Assembly: GCA_014729395.1 (NCBI GenBank)
Contig: WJJZ01000001.1
Location: 3,634 to 67,633, forward strand
Length of the DNA stretch: 64,000 bases
DNA from: Candidatus Magasanikiibacteriota bacterium
GTDB taxonomy: Bacteria; Patescibacteriota; Patescibacteriia; Magasanikbacterales; UBA922
Reading direction: 5' to 3'
Below the pieces are notes generated by a model. That model was not told the origin of the DNA. It worked only from the letters and a program-made list of their open reading frames with translations, and ran no database searches. This document shows, in pieces, positions 30,740 to 42,329 of the stretch (positions within the stretch are counted from its first letter, which is position 1; each line of letters opens with the position of its first letter). The translations under genes were made by a program, and so were the position numbers.

Positions 30740-31219
30740 TTACTCCCTTTCATCCTCCATGTAAACATGAAGGTACTCGGTTTTATCGTAATCAAATATT
30801 TCTTCTTCTTTAAAAAATCTTGGGACTTCTTGTTTAGCGGTATCAACCGAATCCGAGCAATGGACTACATTGCACATACCCATTGCTAAATCCCCTCTAA
30901 TGGTACCACCATCGGCTTCACCTGCATTTGTAACGCCGGCTATCAAACGTACGGCTGCGACTGCATTTTTACCCTCGGCACAAACCACTACCACAGGAGA
31001 AGATTTCATAAATTCTTCCAATCCCGGATAAAAAGGTTTTTCAACATGATGAGCATAATGTTCACGAAGTTTTTCTGTATCCAAAATCATCATTTTTAAA
31101 CCCACAACTTTCAATCCTTTCATCTCCAATCTTTTAAGAATCTCACCAACTAAGCTGCGTTGTACAGCATCCGGTTTTAAAATAAGAAGAGTTTTTTCAT
31201 AAATGCCTTCAAAATTCAT
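30740..31219 (-). CDS. ndk: Nucleoside diphosphate kinase
   Basis: LKPDAVQR, HYAHH..KPF, GTIRGD, NVVHCSDS. Confidence 0.96.
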   Translation of the reverse strand: MNFEGIYEKTLLILKPDAVQRSLVGEILKRLEMKGLKVVGLKMMILDTEKLREHYAHHVEKPFYPGLEEFMKSSPVVVVCAEGKNAVAAVRLIAGVTNAGEADGGTIRGDLAMGMCNVVHCSDSVDTAKQEVPRFFKEEEIFDYDKTEYLHVYMEDERE

Positions 31220-31423
31220 ATAATTTGCTTTAATTTGTTAAAAAGTTTGGGTAATTATAGCGAAAAAGAGGGTGTTTGTCAAGGAAATCATGTCAAAGTC
31301 TATTTTTATCAAAAACCCCGCACGGACGAACCAATGCGGGGGTTTGGGGGTTGTGGCCAAAAATTGCAGCGAGGCGTCCCGATTTAGTCGGGACCAAAGA
31401 TCAATTTCAAGGACACCAAGCAA

Positions 31424-31912
31424 CTACTTGCGACGGAGAACCCGATCGTAGACGCCCCAGACGTCGTCGAGCCAGTACCAGTCCCGAACCCACTCCTCGA
31501 CGTTGTTCCAGTAAACGCGACCGGCGTGCTCGGGATGGTCGGGAAGACGCCAGTCCTGGATCACGAAGACGAACTTGCGGAACTCGGACGGGATGTCCTG
31601 CCGGTTTTTGAACAGGTACCGGCCTTCGTCCTCTCCGCAAGGGTGTCCAGTCATCGCGTCCGTTCGCTTGATCATCGTGTGACCGACGACCGAGATCTCG
31701 CCGTCCCGCAGGAAGGCGTGTACCTCGTACGAACGGTTCTCGGGACCGATGTTCTCCATCGTGAGGATGTCAGGCTTGCCACTCTTGAGAGCGGCACGCA
31801 GAACGGTCGCCAGCCGTCCCTGATCCTCGATAAAGGTTTGTTTCTCGCTGGTTGTAAGATCGTCAGGCAGTTGCCTGATGACCGATGCGACGAACTCTCT
31901 GTCCTGATTCAT
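31424..31912 (-). CDS. Hypothetical GC-rich protein with a DGR variable-region-like C-terminus (likely start ATG 31912)
   Basis: SD AAGGAG; C-terminus VYWNNVEEWVRDWYWLDDVWGVYDRVLRRK built from NNC and TGG codons; promoter TTGACA-17-CATAAT at 32054-32082. Confidence 0.65.
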   Translation of the reverse strand: MNQDREFVASVIRQLPDDLTTSEKQTFIEDQGRLATVLRAALKSGKPDILTMENIGPENRSYEVHAFLRDGEISVVGHTMIKRTDAMTGHPCGEDEGRYLFKNRQDIPSEFRKFVFVIQDWRLPDHPEHAGRVYWNNVEEWVRDWYWLDDVWGVYDRVLRRK

Positions 31913-32178
31913 TTTCTTTCTCCTTGGGCTTACCCCTTTGGGCTTACCCTGCTTTGGTCGAGAGAAATCCCCAACCTTCATTTGAATAACAATATTTTGT
32001 TAGTCAAAAGAAAGCAAGGAAAATCTATAACTAAAGAACAAATTTAACGCTTAATTATGGCATAAAAGTGCTAATTTGTCAAGCTACTTTATAATAATCA
32101 AAAATAAAAAATAGCTAAATTTAGCCATTTTTAATAACCAATCAGAATAAAATCCTGCGAACTGATCACTGTGAACTG

Positions 32179-34191
32179 TTAAAGTTCATCAATGCCTTTC
32201 AAAAAACTGGTTCTTAGACCACCTTCGTCCATCGGCTCGTAGACAATATCATCAACGTCGTCACTGGGGTCAAGAAAGGCAGTGCTTTCTCCCAAAGACG
32301 AACCGGAAACCAGATCATTATCAAGTTCTTCCAAAAACAAACTGGGGCCTTGCAAATAACTGGTAATCCCTCCAACAATCGGATATGTTATGTGTAAATA
32401 TTTTTTAGCTCTGGTAACCGCTACATAAAATAAGCGTCTTTCTTCTTCCAAACCATCCTCAATCCTTGATCTCTCATTTGGGAACTGACCGGCAGCCAGA
32501 TTTATCACAAAAACAGCCTCCCATTCCAATCCTTTGGCCTGATGAATAGTGGATAAAACTATTTTTTCATCGTCAAATTCCGTTATGTCCCCCACCTGAC
32601 TACTGGCGTAACTCTCTTGCAAACTGGCTTCGGCCAAAAATCTATTTAAGTCACTTGCTCTCTCGGCAAATAAAGCCAACTGCTCAATATCTTGTATTCT
32701 CTCTCTATAGTCCGGATGTTCTGCTTCTAAATACTCAACATATTTTGATTTTAAAATTGCCCGGATCAAGTCAGTCGGTTTTTTTTCTTTTTCCTTTTCA
32801 AGTTCTTTCCAAATGGACAAAAAATCATTCCAGCCGATTATGGCCCTTGCCGGTAAAGAATTGGTTATCATACCCAAACCGGTTCCGCTTCTAACATCTT
32901 GGATTATCTTCTGTGCCGTGGCCGGACCAATACCGACTTGCATATTCAAAACTCTACTCCAAGCGATTGCGTCTTCAATATTATTTATGATTTTTAAATA
33001 AGCCAAAACATCTTTGATATGAGCCCTCTCAAAAAACCTAATTCCACCACGATAATCATAAGGTATGTCACGTTTGGCAAGTTCCATTTCCAAAGCTTGC
33101 GAATGAAAAGCGGCCCGAAATAAAACCGCAATTTTATTCAGTTCAACTCCTTCGTCACGCAATTCTAAAATTCTCTCAGCCACAAATTCCGCCTCTTCTT
33201 GGCTGTCGGCAAAAGCCTGCACTTCGGGCTTGGTAAATGCACCTAAAATACTTTTCAAATTTTTCTCGTATTGATTTTTGTTTCCGGCGATAATATTATT
33301 GGCAAGATCAAGTATATCCGGAGTGGATCTGTAATTTGTCTCCAAACGATAGACATGTGCATTTGGATATGTACGTTCAAAATCCAATATATTTTGAATA
33401 TTGGCCGCCCTAAAAGAATAAATACTTTGAGCATCGTCCCCCACAACCAATAAATTTTTGTGGTATGAAGCAAATAATTTTATTATGGAAGCCTGAATTT
33501 TATTTGTATCTTGATATTCATCCACCAAAACATATTCAAATTGTTCACTATATTTTTTTCTAACTCGCTCTGATTTTATGAGAAGCAAATATAAATTTAC
33601 AAGCAAATCATCAAAGTCCATTGCATTGGCCTGTTTTTTCCTTTTGCTGTATTCTTCGGCAATCCTAGCTATGGTATCCGACAAATCAATCCACTTTGGA
33701 TGTTTTAACTCCAGCACATCATGAATACTAATCTCGGCATTTCTGGCATAGCTGATGATAGACTGGATTACCTTTGCTGAAGGAAATCTTCTTTGTTTCC
33801 TGTTCACTCCTTCCAATTTTAAACAAATTTTTAATAAATCACGACTGTCCTCAGAATCTAAAATGGTAAAATTATTTTTATATCCCAAAAGCGGAGCATA
33901 GCGACGTAAAATTCTATACCCAACATGATGAAAAGTCCCGGACCAGGGCAATTTTATTTTACCGCCCGTGAGCTCTTGAACCCGCGACATCATCTCGCGG
34001 GCGGCTTTATTGGTAAAAGTAACCAATAATATATTATCCGGGCTAATTCCCTGCTCCAACAAATAGGCAACTCTAAAAGTAATTGTTCTTGTTTTGCCAC
34101 TTCCGGCCCCAGCCAAAACCAAACACGGACCATCGCCTTGGACCACCACTTTATATTGTTCTTTGTTTAAATCTTTTTTAAAATCAATCAT
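32179..34191 (-). CDS. pcrA: UvrD/PcrA family ATP-dependent DNA helicase
   Basis: AGAGSGKT, TFTNKAA, VDEYQD, VGDDAQSIYSFR, TIHQAKGLEW, EERRLFYVAVTRA. Confidence 0.93.
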   Translation of the reverse strand: MIDFKKDLNKEQYKVVVQGDGPCLVLAGAGSGKTRTITFRVAYLLEQGISPDNILLVTFTNKAAREMMSRVQELTGGKIKLPWSGTFHHVGYRILRRYAPLLGYKNNFTILDSEDSRDLLKICLKLEGVNRKQRRFPSAKVIQSIISYARNAEISIHDVLELKHPKWIDLSDTIARIAEEYSKRKKQANAMDFDDLLVNLYLLLIKSERVRKKYSEQFEYVLVDEYQDTNKIQASIIKLFASYHKNLLVVGDDAQSIYSFRAANIQNILDFERTYPNAHVYRLETNYRSTPDILDLANNIIAGNKNQYEKNLKSILGAFTKPEVQAFADSQEEAEFVAERILELRDEGVELNKIAVLFRAAFHSQALEMELAKRDIPYDYRGGIRFFERAHIKDVLAYLKIINNIEDAIAWSRVLNMQVGIGPATAQKIIQDVRSGTGLGMITNSLPARAIIGWNDFLSIWKELEKEKEKKPTDLIRAILKSKYVEYLEAEHPDYRERIQDIEQLALFAERASDLNRFLAEASLQESYASSQVGDITEFDDEKIVLSTIHQAKGLEWEAVFVINLAAGQFPNERSRIEDGLEEERRLFYVAVTRAKKYLHITYPIVGGITSYLQGPSLFLEELDNDLVSGSSLGESTAFLDPSDDVDDIVYEPMDEGGLRTSFLKGIDEL

Positions 34192-34193
34192 AA

Positions 34194-34544
34194 CTATTCT
34201 ATTTTGGCAAAACCATCAAAATGTATGGTTTCATCATTTTTTTTAAATACCTCCTCTACCCTATATTTACCACTTGTATAAATTTCATCGTCTAAAATAA
34301 AATGCCTAGCTTCCAGAATCACAATACTTGCCAGTGGGCGTGACAATTCCTGATTACCTTTGGTTTCCAATAAGGGAATTTCTCCCTCAAGCCAATAATT
34401 TCTCTGACCCTTCTTCAAAAAATTATAAACCTGTCCAACCACCAACTCATCCGAAATACATTCTTCTGCTTTTCTATTGCCATTTTTGAATTCAAAATAA
34501 TTTCTTAGAGCCAAATCCGGATTAAATTCTACTTGGATACCCAT
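34194..34544 (-). CDS. Hypothetical protein
   Basis: 116-aa ORF 2 nt upstream of the helicase start, protein-like composition. Confidence 0.7.
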   Translation of the reverse strand: MGIQVEFNPDLALRNYFEFKNGNRKAEECISDELVVGQVYNFLKKGQRNYWLEGEIPLLETKGNQELSRPLASIVILEARHFILDDEIYTSGKYRVEEVFKKNDETIHFDGFAKIE

Positions 34545-34614
34545 AAATAAAAATTATTATAATCAACTAATTAAACAAAAAGTAGGAATACAGACTCATC
34601 ACACAACAACGCTT

Positions 34615-34642
34615 TGTCATTCCCGCGAAGGCGGGAATGACA
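34615..34642. repeat. dRS3-like palindrome ATTCCC-N8-GGGAAT (collapsed copy)
   Basis: tgtcattcccgcgaaggcgggaatgaca; full copy at 62671-62744. Confidence 0.8.
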
Positions 34643-34753
34643 TGGCAACACTAAAATTTATCCAGTGAATCCGGAGCTAGAAAAAAGACTTTAAATCAAT
34701 CATAGTTAACTTAGTGTATCTAATATTGAAAAAATTAGCAAAAAAGGGTATTA

Positions 34754-36125
<1,372 letters not shown>

Positions 36126-36192
36126 TGGGATTGACAAAATCATCTAAATTTAGTAATTTTCAACTATCTTCAAATCACAGAAGGAGGGTGAC

Positions 36193-36306
36193 ATGTGGCT
36201 TTACAACAAAACAAGAGAAGTTATATTCAATATCATGATTTCTCTTATCGACCGTATGGGCGGAAGCGACCTTCTCTTCTTCGTCAGCAAAACACCAAAA
36301 CCATAA
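36193..36306 (+). CDS. Small peptide, 37 aa
   Basis: SD AAGGAGGGTG; MWLYNKTREVIFNIMISLIDRMGGSDLLFFVSKTPKP; TTGACA at 36131. Confidence 0.45.
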   Translation: MWLYNKTREVIFNIMISLIDRMGGSDLLFFVSKTPKP

Positions 36307-36321
36307 TCATAAGGAGATAAG

Positions 36322-36423
36322 ATGGAATTCATCTTACAAGTTCTTTTCTGGTTTTTTTTAGAGTATCAAACCGTATCATTTCATTCATACTCTAAAACGA
36401 GGGCTGGATATAATGGTATATGA
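36322..36423 (+). CDS. Small hydrophobic peptide, 33 aa
   Basis: SD TAAGGAG; MEFILQVLFWFFLEYQTVSFHSYSKTRAGYNGI. Confidence 0.35.
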   Translation: MEFILQVLFWFFLEYQTVSFHSYSKTRAGYNGI

Positions 36424-36457
36424 AAAACCCCATCTCAAAAGAGACGGGGTCTTTTTT
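36423..36457. terminator. Bidirectional intrinsic terminator between the peptide ORFs and adk
   Basis: aaaaaccccatctc-aaaa-gagacggggtctttttt. Confidence 0.75.
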
Positions 36458-36468
36458 ATCATCTAAAA

Positions 36469-37128
36469 CTATTTTAACACCTGATCTATTTCTTTCTCCA
36501 CCTCTTCTATACTCTTCTCACCATCCACCTCTCTTAACAATCCCATATCTCTATAATAATCCAAAATCGGTTTTAAAGTCTTGTTACCCTGATCTTCAAT
36601 CCTCTTTTTTATAACTTCGGGCTTATCATCCTCTCTCACTTCCAAAGCCCCGCCGCATTCCGGACACTTGGTCATAGCTTCATTTTCCGGTGAGTATGGC
36701 AAAATATAACTACATTCAGCGCAAACCCTACGCTTGGTTAGCCTATTCCAACTGGATTCGTCGCTTATTTTCACTTCGATAACAATTATTTCATTTTTCA
36801 AGCCTTTCTCTTTAAAAAAATCATAATATTTTTTGGCTTGATCTAAATTACGAATTGCACCATCCAAAACCACGCCTTTATCTTGAGATAAATATTTTTC
36901 AATTTCTTTAAAAGCCAACTTGTAAATAAGTTCATCAGCCACGAGTCTCCCGGCTTTCATGTCTTCAAGCATTTTCTTATCCCCCGGATCCGCATTCTCG
37001 TCTTCTGCCAAAGCTCGCAATAAATCACCGGTTGAAATATGACCATAATTATATTTTTCAGAAATTTTTTTAGCTTGAGTACCCTTACCACTACCGGGGG
37101 CACCCATGAGTATTATTATTTTTTTCAT
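36469..37128 (-). CDS. adk: Adenylate kinase (zinc lid)
   Basis: GAPGSGKGTQ, HISTGDLLR, CxxC...CxxC. Confidence 0.95.
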   Translation of the reverse strand: MKKIIILMGAPGSGKGTQAKKISEKYNYGHISTGDLLRALAEDENADPGDKKMLEDMKAGRLVADELIYKLAFKEIEKYLSQDKGVVLDGAIRNLDQAKKYYDFFKEKGLKNEIIVIEVKISDESSWNRLTKRRVCAECSYILPYSPENEAMTKCPECGGALEVREDDKPEVIKKRIEDQGNKTLKPILDYYRDMGLLREVDGEKSIEEVEKEIDQVLK

Positions 37129-37173
37129 ATAATTTATAGTTGTAAGTAATGACTAAGAAACCAACTTACAGCT

Positions 37174-37467
37174 CTACAACTTACTATAATATTTTACAAA
37201 CACACTCATTAAATTGCCTTTATCAATCTTGCTGATTTTATTCTGTTTTTTTAATCGTGTTAGAACCTCATCAATTTGACGCAAAGAAATGCGGCCATCA
37301 CCACGGCGACGCTCAATTATCGCCTTTTCGACTAAAGTTTCTTCCAAGTGATTCAATGTCTTGACTTTTGTTTGCGAAACCAATTCCTTGATTTTATCAA
37401 TACTAAGCTGTTTTTCAGTTTGAGGATATTTTGAGGAAGAGCCAAATAATAAACTTAAAATGGACAT
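37174..37467 (-). CDS. Hypothetical protein between secY and adk (likely start MSILSLLFG)
   Basis: ORF co-oriented within the operon. Confidence 0.6.
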   Translation of the reverse strand: MSILSLLFGSSSKYPQTEKQLSIDKIKELVSQTKVKTLNHLEETLVEKAIIERRRGDGRISLRQIDEVLTRLKKQNKISKIDKGNLMSVFVKYYSKL

Positions 37468-37581
37468 AATGTTTTGATTTTGCCTAAATATATTAGCATA
37501 ATAAAAGCCTACTAACAAACAGTAGGATGTATATTTTTTTCAAATAGATAAACACGATACACGATATACTATAATATCGTA

Positions 37582-38853
37582 TTAGACACGATCATATTCG
37601 TGCATAGTGATTTGAGCATCAATTTGTTTGGCACTTTCAATCGCAACACTAACTACGATAAGCAAGCTGGTACCACCAATGACAAGTGATTGAGACTGAG
37701 TCACGGTTTGGAGCAATAGAGGTAAAACTGCGATTAAACCCAAAAATAACGCACCAACAAACACCAAGCGAGTCATAGTTTTTTGTAAGTATTCTTCAGT
37801 TTGCCTACCGGGTCGAATTCCAGGTATAAAAGCACCTTGTCTTTGTAAATTTTCAGCAATTTTCTGCGGATGGAAAATAACAGCTGTATAAAAATAAGTA
37901 AAACCAAACACCAGCAAAAAATATAAAGCTCCATAAAAAAACTGATTTGCAAAAAGATTCACAACCCCATTAGCCAATGAACCAACCCACCCGGGGTAAG
38001 TAATAAAAAACTGAGCAATCATTGAAGGAAAAATTATTATCGAAATGGCAAATATGATAGGAATTACTCCGGCCATATTCACTCTTAGCGGTAAATGACT
38101 CTTTGCACCACCACCAATTCTACTGCCTCTGATTTGTTTTGCATAACTAATAGGTATATTCCTTTGTCCCTCACTAATAATAACCACCGCTACCACCGTT
38201 ATTACGGCAACGGCAATGAATAATACATATGTAAATAAATCCGCGGGATTGTAATTTACAATCGCATTCTGAACAGCACCCGGTAATGCAGCAATTATGC
38301 CGGCAAAAATTAATAACGAAATCCCATTACCAACACCCTTTTCACTTATCAACTCGCCTATCCACATTAAAAATATAGTACCCGCAGTAATGGTAATTAT
38401 GATCGAAGCAATTTTAAAAGTATTCAAATCACCTAAAATATCATACTGAGACTGGCTCAACAATTTAATCATTGCAAAAGCTTGTAACACCGCCAGTGGC
38501 ACTGTCGATAATCTGGTATACATACTGATTTTCTGCTGACCTGACTCACCCTCTTTTTGCATTTCTTCCAATTTGGGTATAACCATTGTCAATAGTTGAA
38601 AAATAATCGAAGCGGTAATATATGGTGCTACCCCAAGCATTACAATCGAAAAATTTTCCATAGTACCACCTGAAAAAATATTCAAAAGACCCAATATTTG
38701 ATTACCCTCCAAAAAACTACGCAGGTTCTCAACATTTACTCCGGGGATCGGTACGTGTGCAGCAGCTCTAAAAATAACAAGCATCCCTAAAACAAAAAGG
38801 ATGCGGTTTCGCAAATCTTTAATTTTCCAAATACGTTGAAACTTTTCCCACAT
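37582..38853 (-). CDS. secY: Preprotein translocase SecY
   Basis: LGVAPYITASII, GVGNGISLLIF, AGVIPIIFA, FIPGIRPG, GGTSLLI. Confidence 0.98.
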   Translation of the reverse strand: MWEKFQRIWKIKDLRNRILFVLGMLVIFRAAAHVPIPGVNVENLRSFLEGNQILGLLNIFSGGTMENFSIVMLGVAPYITASIIFQLLTMVIPKLEEMQKEGESGQQKISMYTRLSTVPLAVLQAFAMIKLLSQSQYDILGDLNTFKIASIIITITAGTIFLMWIGELISEKGVGNGISLLIFAGIIAALPGAVQNAIVNYNPADLFTYVLFIAVAVITVVAVVIISEGQRNIPISYAKQIRGSRIGGGAKSHLPLRVNMAGVIPIIFAISIIIFPSMIAQFFITYPGWVGSLANGVVNLFANQFFYGALYFLLVFGFTYFYTAVIFHPQKIAENLQRQGAFIPGIRPGRQTEEYLQKTMTRLVFVGALFLGLIAVLPLLLQTVTQSQSLVIGGTSLLIVVSVAIESAKQIDAQITMHEYDRV

Positions 38854-38859
38854 ATTGTT

Positions 38860-38955
38860 ACAGATTACGGATGAAACTAATTTACTGATTTACGAATCTT
38901 TAAAATGTATCCGTAAATCAGTTTCATCAGTAATCCGTAATTTTTAATCCGTAAT
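38860..38955. repeat. Inverted short-period repeat array between rplO and secY
   Basis: acagattacggatgaaact... facing atccgtaaatcagtttcatcagtaatccgtaa. Confidence 0.6.
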
Positions 38956-39395
38956 TAAAAAATAATCTTACTTCCGCTCTTCTCTATTAATTCTATCGCT
39001 TTTTTGGTGGCAAGACAACCCTTGATTATAATTTTCTTCTTCAAATCACCATTAGCCAATATTTTTACTCCATTTTTGGGTCGGCTTATTAAACCTTTAC
39101 TCTTTAAAGAATAAGGTGTTACCAATTCACCATCTTTAAAATTTTTATCCAAGTCAGACAAAGATACGGTTTCCTTTTTTGGTTGACGACTATTAAACCC
39201 CCTCACTTTGGGAATTTTTTGCAGTGACTGTTTAAAACCACGCATCTTTGTACCGCTTTTTCCTCCGGATCTCGCTCTCTGTCCTTTCAAACCACGACCT
39301 GAATAAGTCCCTTTGCCTGAAGAATTTCCTCTACCGACCCTTTTCTTTGTTTTTTTTGAGTCAGTTGATTTAATTTTATGTAATTCTATTGCCAT
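38955..39395 (-). CDS. rplO: 50S ribosomal protein uL15
   Basis: RVGRGNSSGKGTYSGRG.KGQRARSG. Confidence 0.96.
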   Translation of the reverse strand: MAIELHKIKSTDSKKTKKRVGRGNSSGKGTYSGRGLKGQRARSGGKSGTKMRGFKQSLQKIPKVRGFNSRQPKKETVSLSDLDKNFKDGELVTPYSLKSKGLISRPKNGVKILANGDLKKKIIIKGCLATKKAIELIEKSGSKIIF

Positions 39396-39427
39396 AGTCT
39401 TAATTTATCTTATCAATTACAGAAATA

Positions 39428-40009
39428 TTACTTTTTTTCTTGTTTCTCTTTTTTTTCATCTTTTTTAATTTTTTTCTCTGTCTGATTCTTTTTTTGCTTT
39501 TTTACTTTATTTTTCGTTATAGTTTCCTTCGCTTTTGGCAAAAATGATTCCAAACAAACAAAAGTAGCTTTAATATTATTTATTTTATTATTGGTTTTAC
39601 CAAGAATTTTAGCAGAAGCATTCGGTACACCGGCCAATTCCAAAACAACCCTCACTGAGCTACCGGCTATTACACCGCTACCGCGAGGAGCCGGTTTTAG
39701 CATGACTTTGGCTGCGCTGTATTTTCCATCTACGCGGTGTGGAATACTATCATTCACTATTGGTACTCTTATCATGTTTTTCTTTGCTTTGTTCACCGCT
39801 TTTTCAACAGCAATTTGTACATCTTTGCCTTTGTCCACTCCATACCCAACTCTGCCTTTATGATCACCAATTACCACACAGGCTCTAAAACTTAGTTGTT
39901 TACCACCTTTTGTTACCCTGGTAACGCGCGCCAAATCAACGATTTGTTGGTCAAATTCTGGTTTTTCTCTTTTTCTTCTTCGTTTTCCTTTACCTTTATG
40001 GAACGCCAT
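39428..40009 (-). CDS. rpsE: 30S ribosomal protein uS5
   Basis: RVTRVTKGGK, LKPAPRGSGVIAG; no rpmD follows. Confidence 0.96.
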   Translation of the reverse strand: MAFHKGKGKRRRKREKPEFDQQIVDLARVTRVTKGGKQLSFRACVVIGDHKGRVGYGVDKGKDVQIAVEKAVNKAKKNMIRVPIVNDSIPHRVDGKYSAAKVMLKPAPRGSGVIAGSSVRVVLELAGVPNASAKILGKTNNKINNIKATFVCLESFLPKAKETITKNKVKKQKKNQTEKKIKKDEKKEKQEKK

Positions 40010-40035
40010 AAACTATTATTATATTACTAATTTTT

Positions 40036-40416
40036 TTAAAAAATTAAGCCACCGTCTCTAGCTCCATCAGCTGCCGCTTTAACTCTCCCGTGATATCTGT
40101 TCCCGGATCTATCAAAGACGATTTTTTCAATACCAATTTTTTTTGCCTTCTCAGCTATTGCTTTGCCAAGCAAATATGCTTGTGCAACTTTGGTCGTTTT
40201 ACCCTCCACTTTGGCATTTTTCTTTATATCTTTTTTGGAGTTAACACTAGCTAAAGTCTTCATTTTTTCATCATCTATCAACTGAATATACATACCTTGC
40301 AAAGTCCTGGAAACTGCCATTCTTGGAATATCTGAAGTACCGGATATTTCAGCTCTAATCCTCTTTTTTCTACTTATCTTTTTATCTCTTTTTTCTTCAA
40401 TTCTTTTATTTTTCAT
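40036..40416 (-). CDS. rplR: 50S ribosomal protein uL18
   Basis: VFDRSGNRYHGRVKA. Confidence 0.96.
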   Translation of the reverse strand: MKNKRIEEKRDKKISRKKRIRAEISGTSDIPRMAVSRTLQGMYIQLIDDEKMKTLASVNSKKDIKKNAKVEGKTTKVAQAYLLGKAIAEKAKKIGIEKIVFDRSGNRYHGRVKAAADGARDGGLIF

Positions 40417-40428
40417 ATAATTATTTTA

Positions 40429-40974
40429 CTATTCAGCTGTCTTAGCCGCTTTACCGGCTTTTCTCCTGATTATTTCATCCATATACTTAATGCCCTTTCC
40501 TTTGTATGGTTCCGGTTTTCTAATTGATCTGATTTCGGCTACAGCCCTACCCAATGCTTCTTTGTCCGGACTTTCCAAAGTAATTACATTTTTTTCTACA
40601 GACGCTGATACTTTTTCATCTAACTTATATAATACCGGATGGGAATAACCAACTTCCAATTTCAAATCCTTACCCTGCATTGCCACTTTATAACCCACAC
40701 CATTAACTTCCAGTTGCTTTTTAAAGCCTTCAGTGACACCCTCAATCATATTTTTTATATGAGAAGCATAAGTACCCCAAAGTGATCTTTCCTTTTTATT
40801 CTCTTCATTCTCAACTCTTACCTTGACCTCATTATCTTCAACACTGATTTTTACCAAATCATTTAAATCTCTTTCAAGTTCGCCTTTCGGTCCTTTTACC
40901 ACAATTCGGCCGTCTTTTATATCAACGGTTACACCATTTGGTATTTCAATTTTCTGTTTGCCTATTCTAGACAT
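40429..40974 (-). CDS. rplF: 50S ribosomal protein uL6 (start MSRIGK)
   Basis: MSRIGK, RKPEPYKGKGIKY. Confidence 0.97.
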   Translation of the reverse strand: MSRIGKQKIEIPNGVTVDIKDGRIVVKGPKGELERDLNDLVKISVEDNEVKVRVENEENKKERSLWGTYASHIKNMIEGVTEGFKKQLEVNGVGYKVAMQGKDLKLEVGYSHPVLYKLDEKVSASVEKNVITLESPDKEALGRAVAEIRSIRKPEPYKGKGIKYMDEIIRRKAGKAAKTAE

Positions 40975-41063
40975 ATTTTCATTATTACTGTTTTTTACAC
41001 AAATTACACTGAGCAAATGATTATTAAATCAATAATCCTACCTAATCAGTATAATCTGTGTTA

Positions 41064-41453
41064 TTAATAAACTGAACAAATAACCTCACCGCCGACTTTT
41101 TTACTACGAGCTTCTTTGTCTGTCATCAAACCGAAAGAGGTAGATATCACAGCCGTACCATAACCGTTTAGTATGTATGGTATCTCATCTGACTTTTTAT
41201 ATACTCTATGTCCGGGTTTGCTTACTCTTTGCAAATCACTAATATAAGGTTTCTTGTCTTTATATTTTAATCCGATTTTAATTATTTTTCTCGATTCACC
41301 CAACACTTCTACAGAATCCAGGTAACCCTCTCTACTCAAAATTTCAGCGATATTTTTCTTTAAATTCGAAAAAGGAATTTCAACAAAAGACTTATGCACC
41401 ATTTGTGCATTCCTTATGCGTGTTAACATGTCAGCAATTGGATCGGTCATCAT
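41064..41453 (-). CDS. rpsH: 30S ribosomal protein uS8
   Basis: DPIADMLTRIRNA, SKPGHRVY. Confidence 0.97.
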   Translation of the reverse strand: MMTDPIADMLTRIRNAQMVHKSFVEIPFSNLKKNIAEILSREGYLDSVEVLGESRKIIKIGLKYKDKKPYISDLQRVSKPGHRVYKKSDEIPYILNGYGTAVISTSFGLMTDKEARSKKVGGEVICSVY

Positions 41454-41579
41454 AATAGTTTATTTTAGTTGATAGTTTTAATTAATTAATTACAAATTAC
41501 TGATAATACTGATTTACACCCGCCTGCATATACAGGAATAGTTGAATCTACGGTAAAACAGTTTGATCAGTAATCCGTC

Positions 41580-41765
41580 TTACCAGCTTGACTTTCGTAC
41601 TCCCGGTAACTTTCCATCATTGGCCAATTCTCTAAAACAAATACGACATAGGCCAAATTTTCTCATATAAGCTCTTTTTCTACCACACTTCCAACATCTC
41701 CTCACTATTCTGGTGCTGAATTTGGGTTTCTTATTAGATTTTGCTATTTGTGCTTTGGTAGCCAT
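41580..41765 (-). CDS. rpsN: 30S ribosomal protein uS14, zinc-binding type
   Basis: RCWKCGR...[18 protein letters not shown]. Confidence 0.96.
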   Translation of the reverse strand: MATKAQIAKSNKKPKFSTRIVRRCWKCGRKRAYMRKFGLCRICFRELANDGKLPGVRKSSW

Positions 41766-41778
41766 AATTATTATTTTT

Positions 41779-42324
41779 TTATTTTTTCTTAAACGGAAAA
41801 CCTAACTTTTCCAGCAACGTTTTGGCTTCTTTTTTATTTTCAGCGCTTGTACACACAACCACTTCCAAACCATGGATATTATCCACCGCATCAGTATCAA
41901 TCTCCGGGAAAGCGATATTCTCTTTAAAGCCGATTGTATAATTTCCTTGTTCATCAAAACTTTTTGGGTTGATTCCTCTAAAATCACGAACGCGAGGTAA
42001 TGTTACACTAACCAATTTATCAACAAAATCATACATTTTTTTACCACGCAAAGTAACAGACGCACCCACATTCATTCCCTCTCTTATTTTAAAATTGGAA
42101 ATCGATTTTTTTGCTTTATTATGAATAGGTTTTTGTCCGGTTATAAGTTTAATTGTTTCCTCGACATTATCAACATAAGCTTTATCTTTCACATGCCTGC
42201 CATAACCAACATTTACCACAACCTTTTCCAATTTTGGCACTTCCATTGCATTTTTATAACCATACTCCTTTATGAGAGCCGGTACAATATTTTTTTTGTA
42301 TTCTTTATATAATCTAGAACTCAT
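41779..42324 (-). CDS. rplE: 50S ribosomal protein uL5
   Basis: [15 protein letters not shown]. Confidence 0.97.
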   Translation of the reverse strand: MSSRLYKEYKKNIVPALIKEYGYKNAMEVPKLEKVVVNVGYGRHVKDKAYVDNVEETIKLITGQKPIHNKAKKSISNFKIREGMNVGASVTLRGKKMYDFVDKLVSVTLPRVRDFRGINPKSFDEQGNYTIGFKENIAFPEIDTDAVDNIHGLEVVVCTSAENKKEAKTLLEKLGFPFKKK

Positions 42325-42329
42325 AACAA

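Noticed and set aside
31276-32047. Alternative-frame and antisense ORFs over the GC-rich gene
   Set aside because: Expected from low stop-codon density at high GC; only the minus-strand frame has an SD, a promoter and protein-like sequence
39395-39428. Absence of rpmD (uL30) between rpsE and rplO
   Set aside because: Real but an established CPR trait; used only as taxonomic evidence
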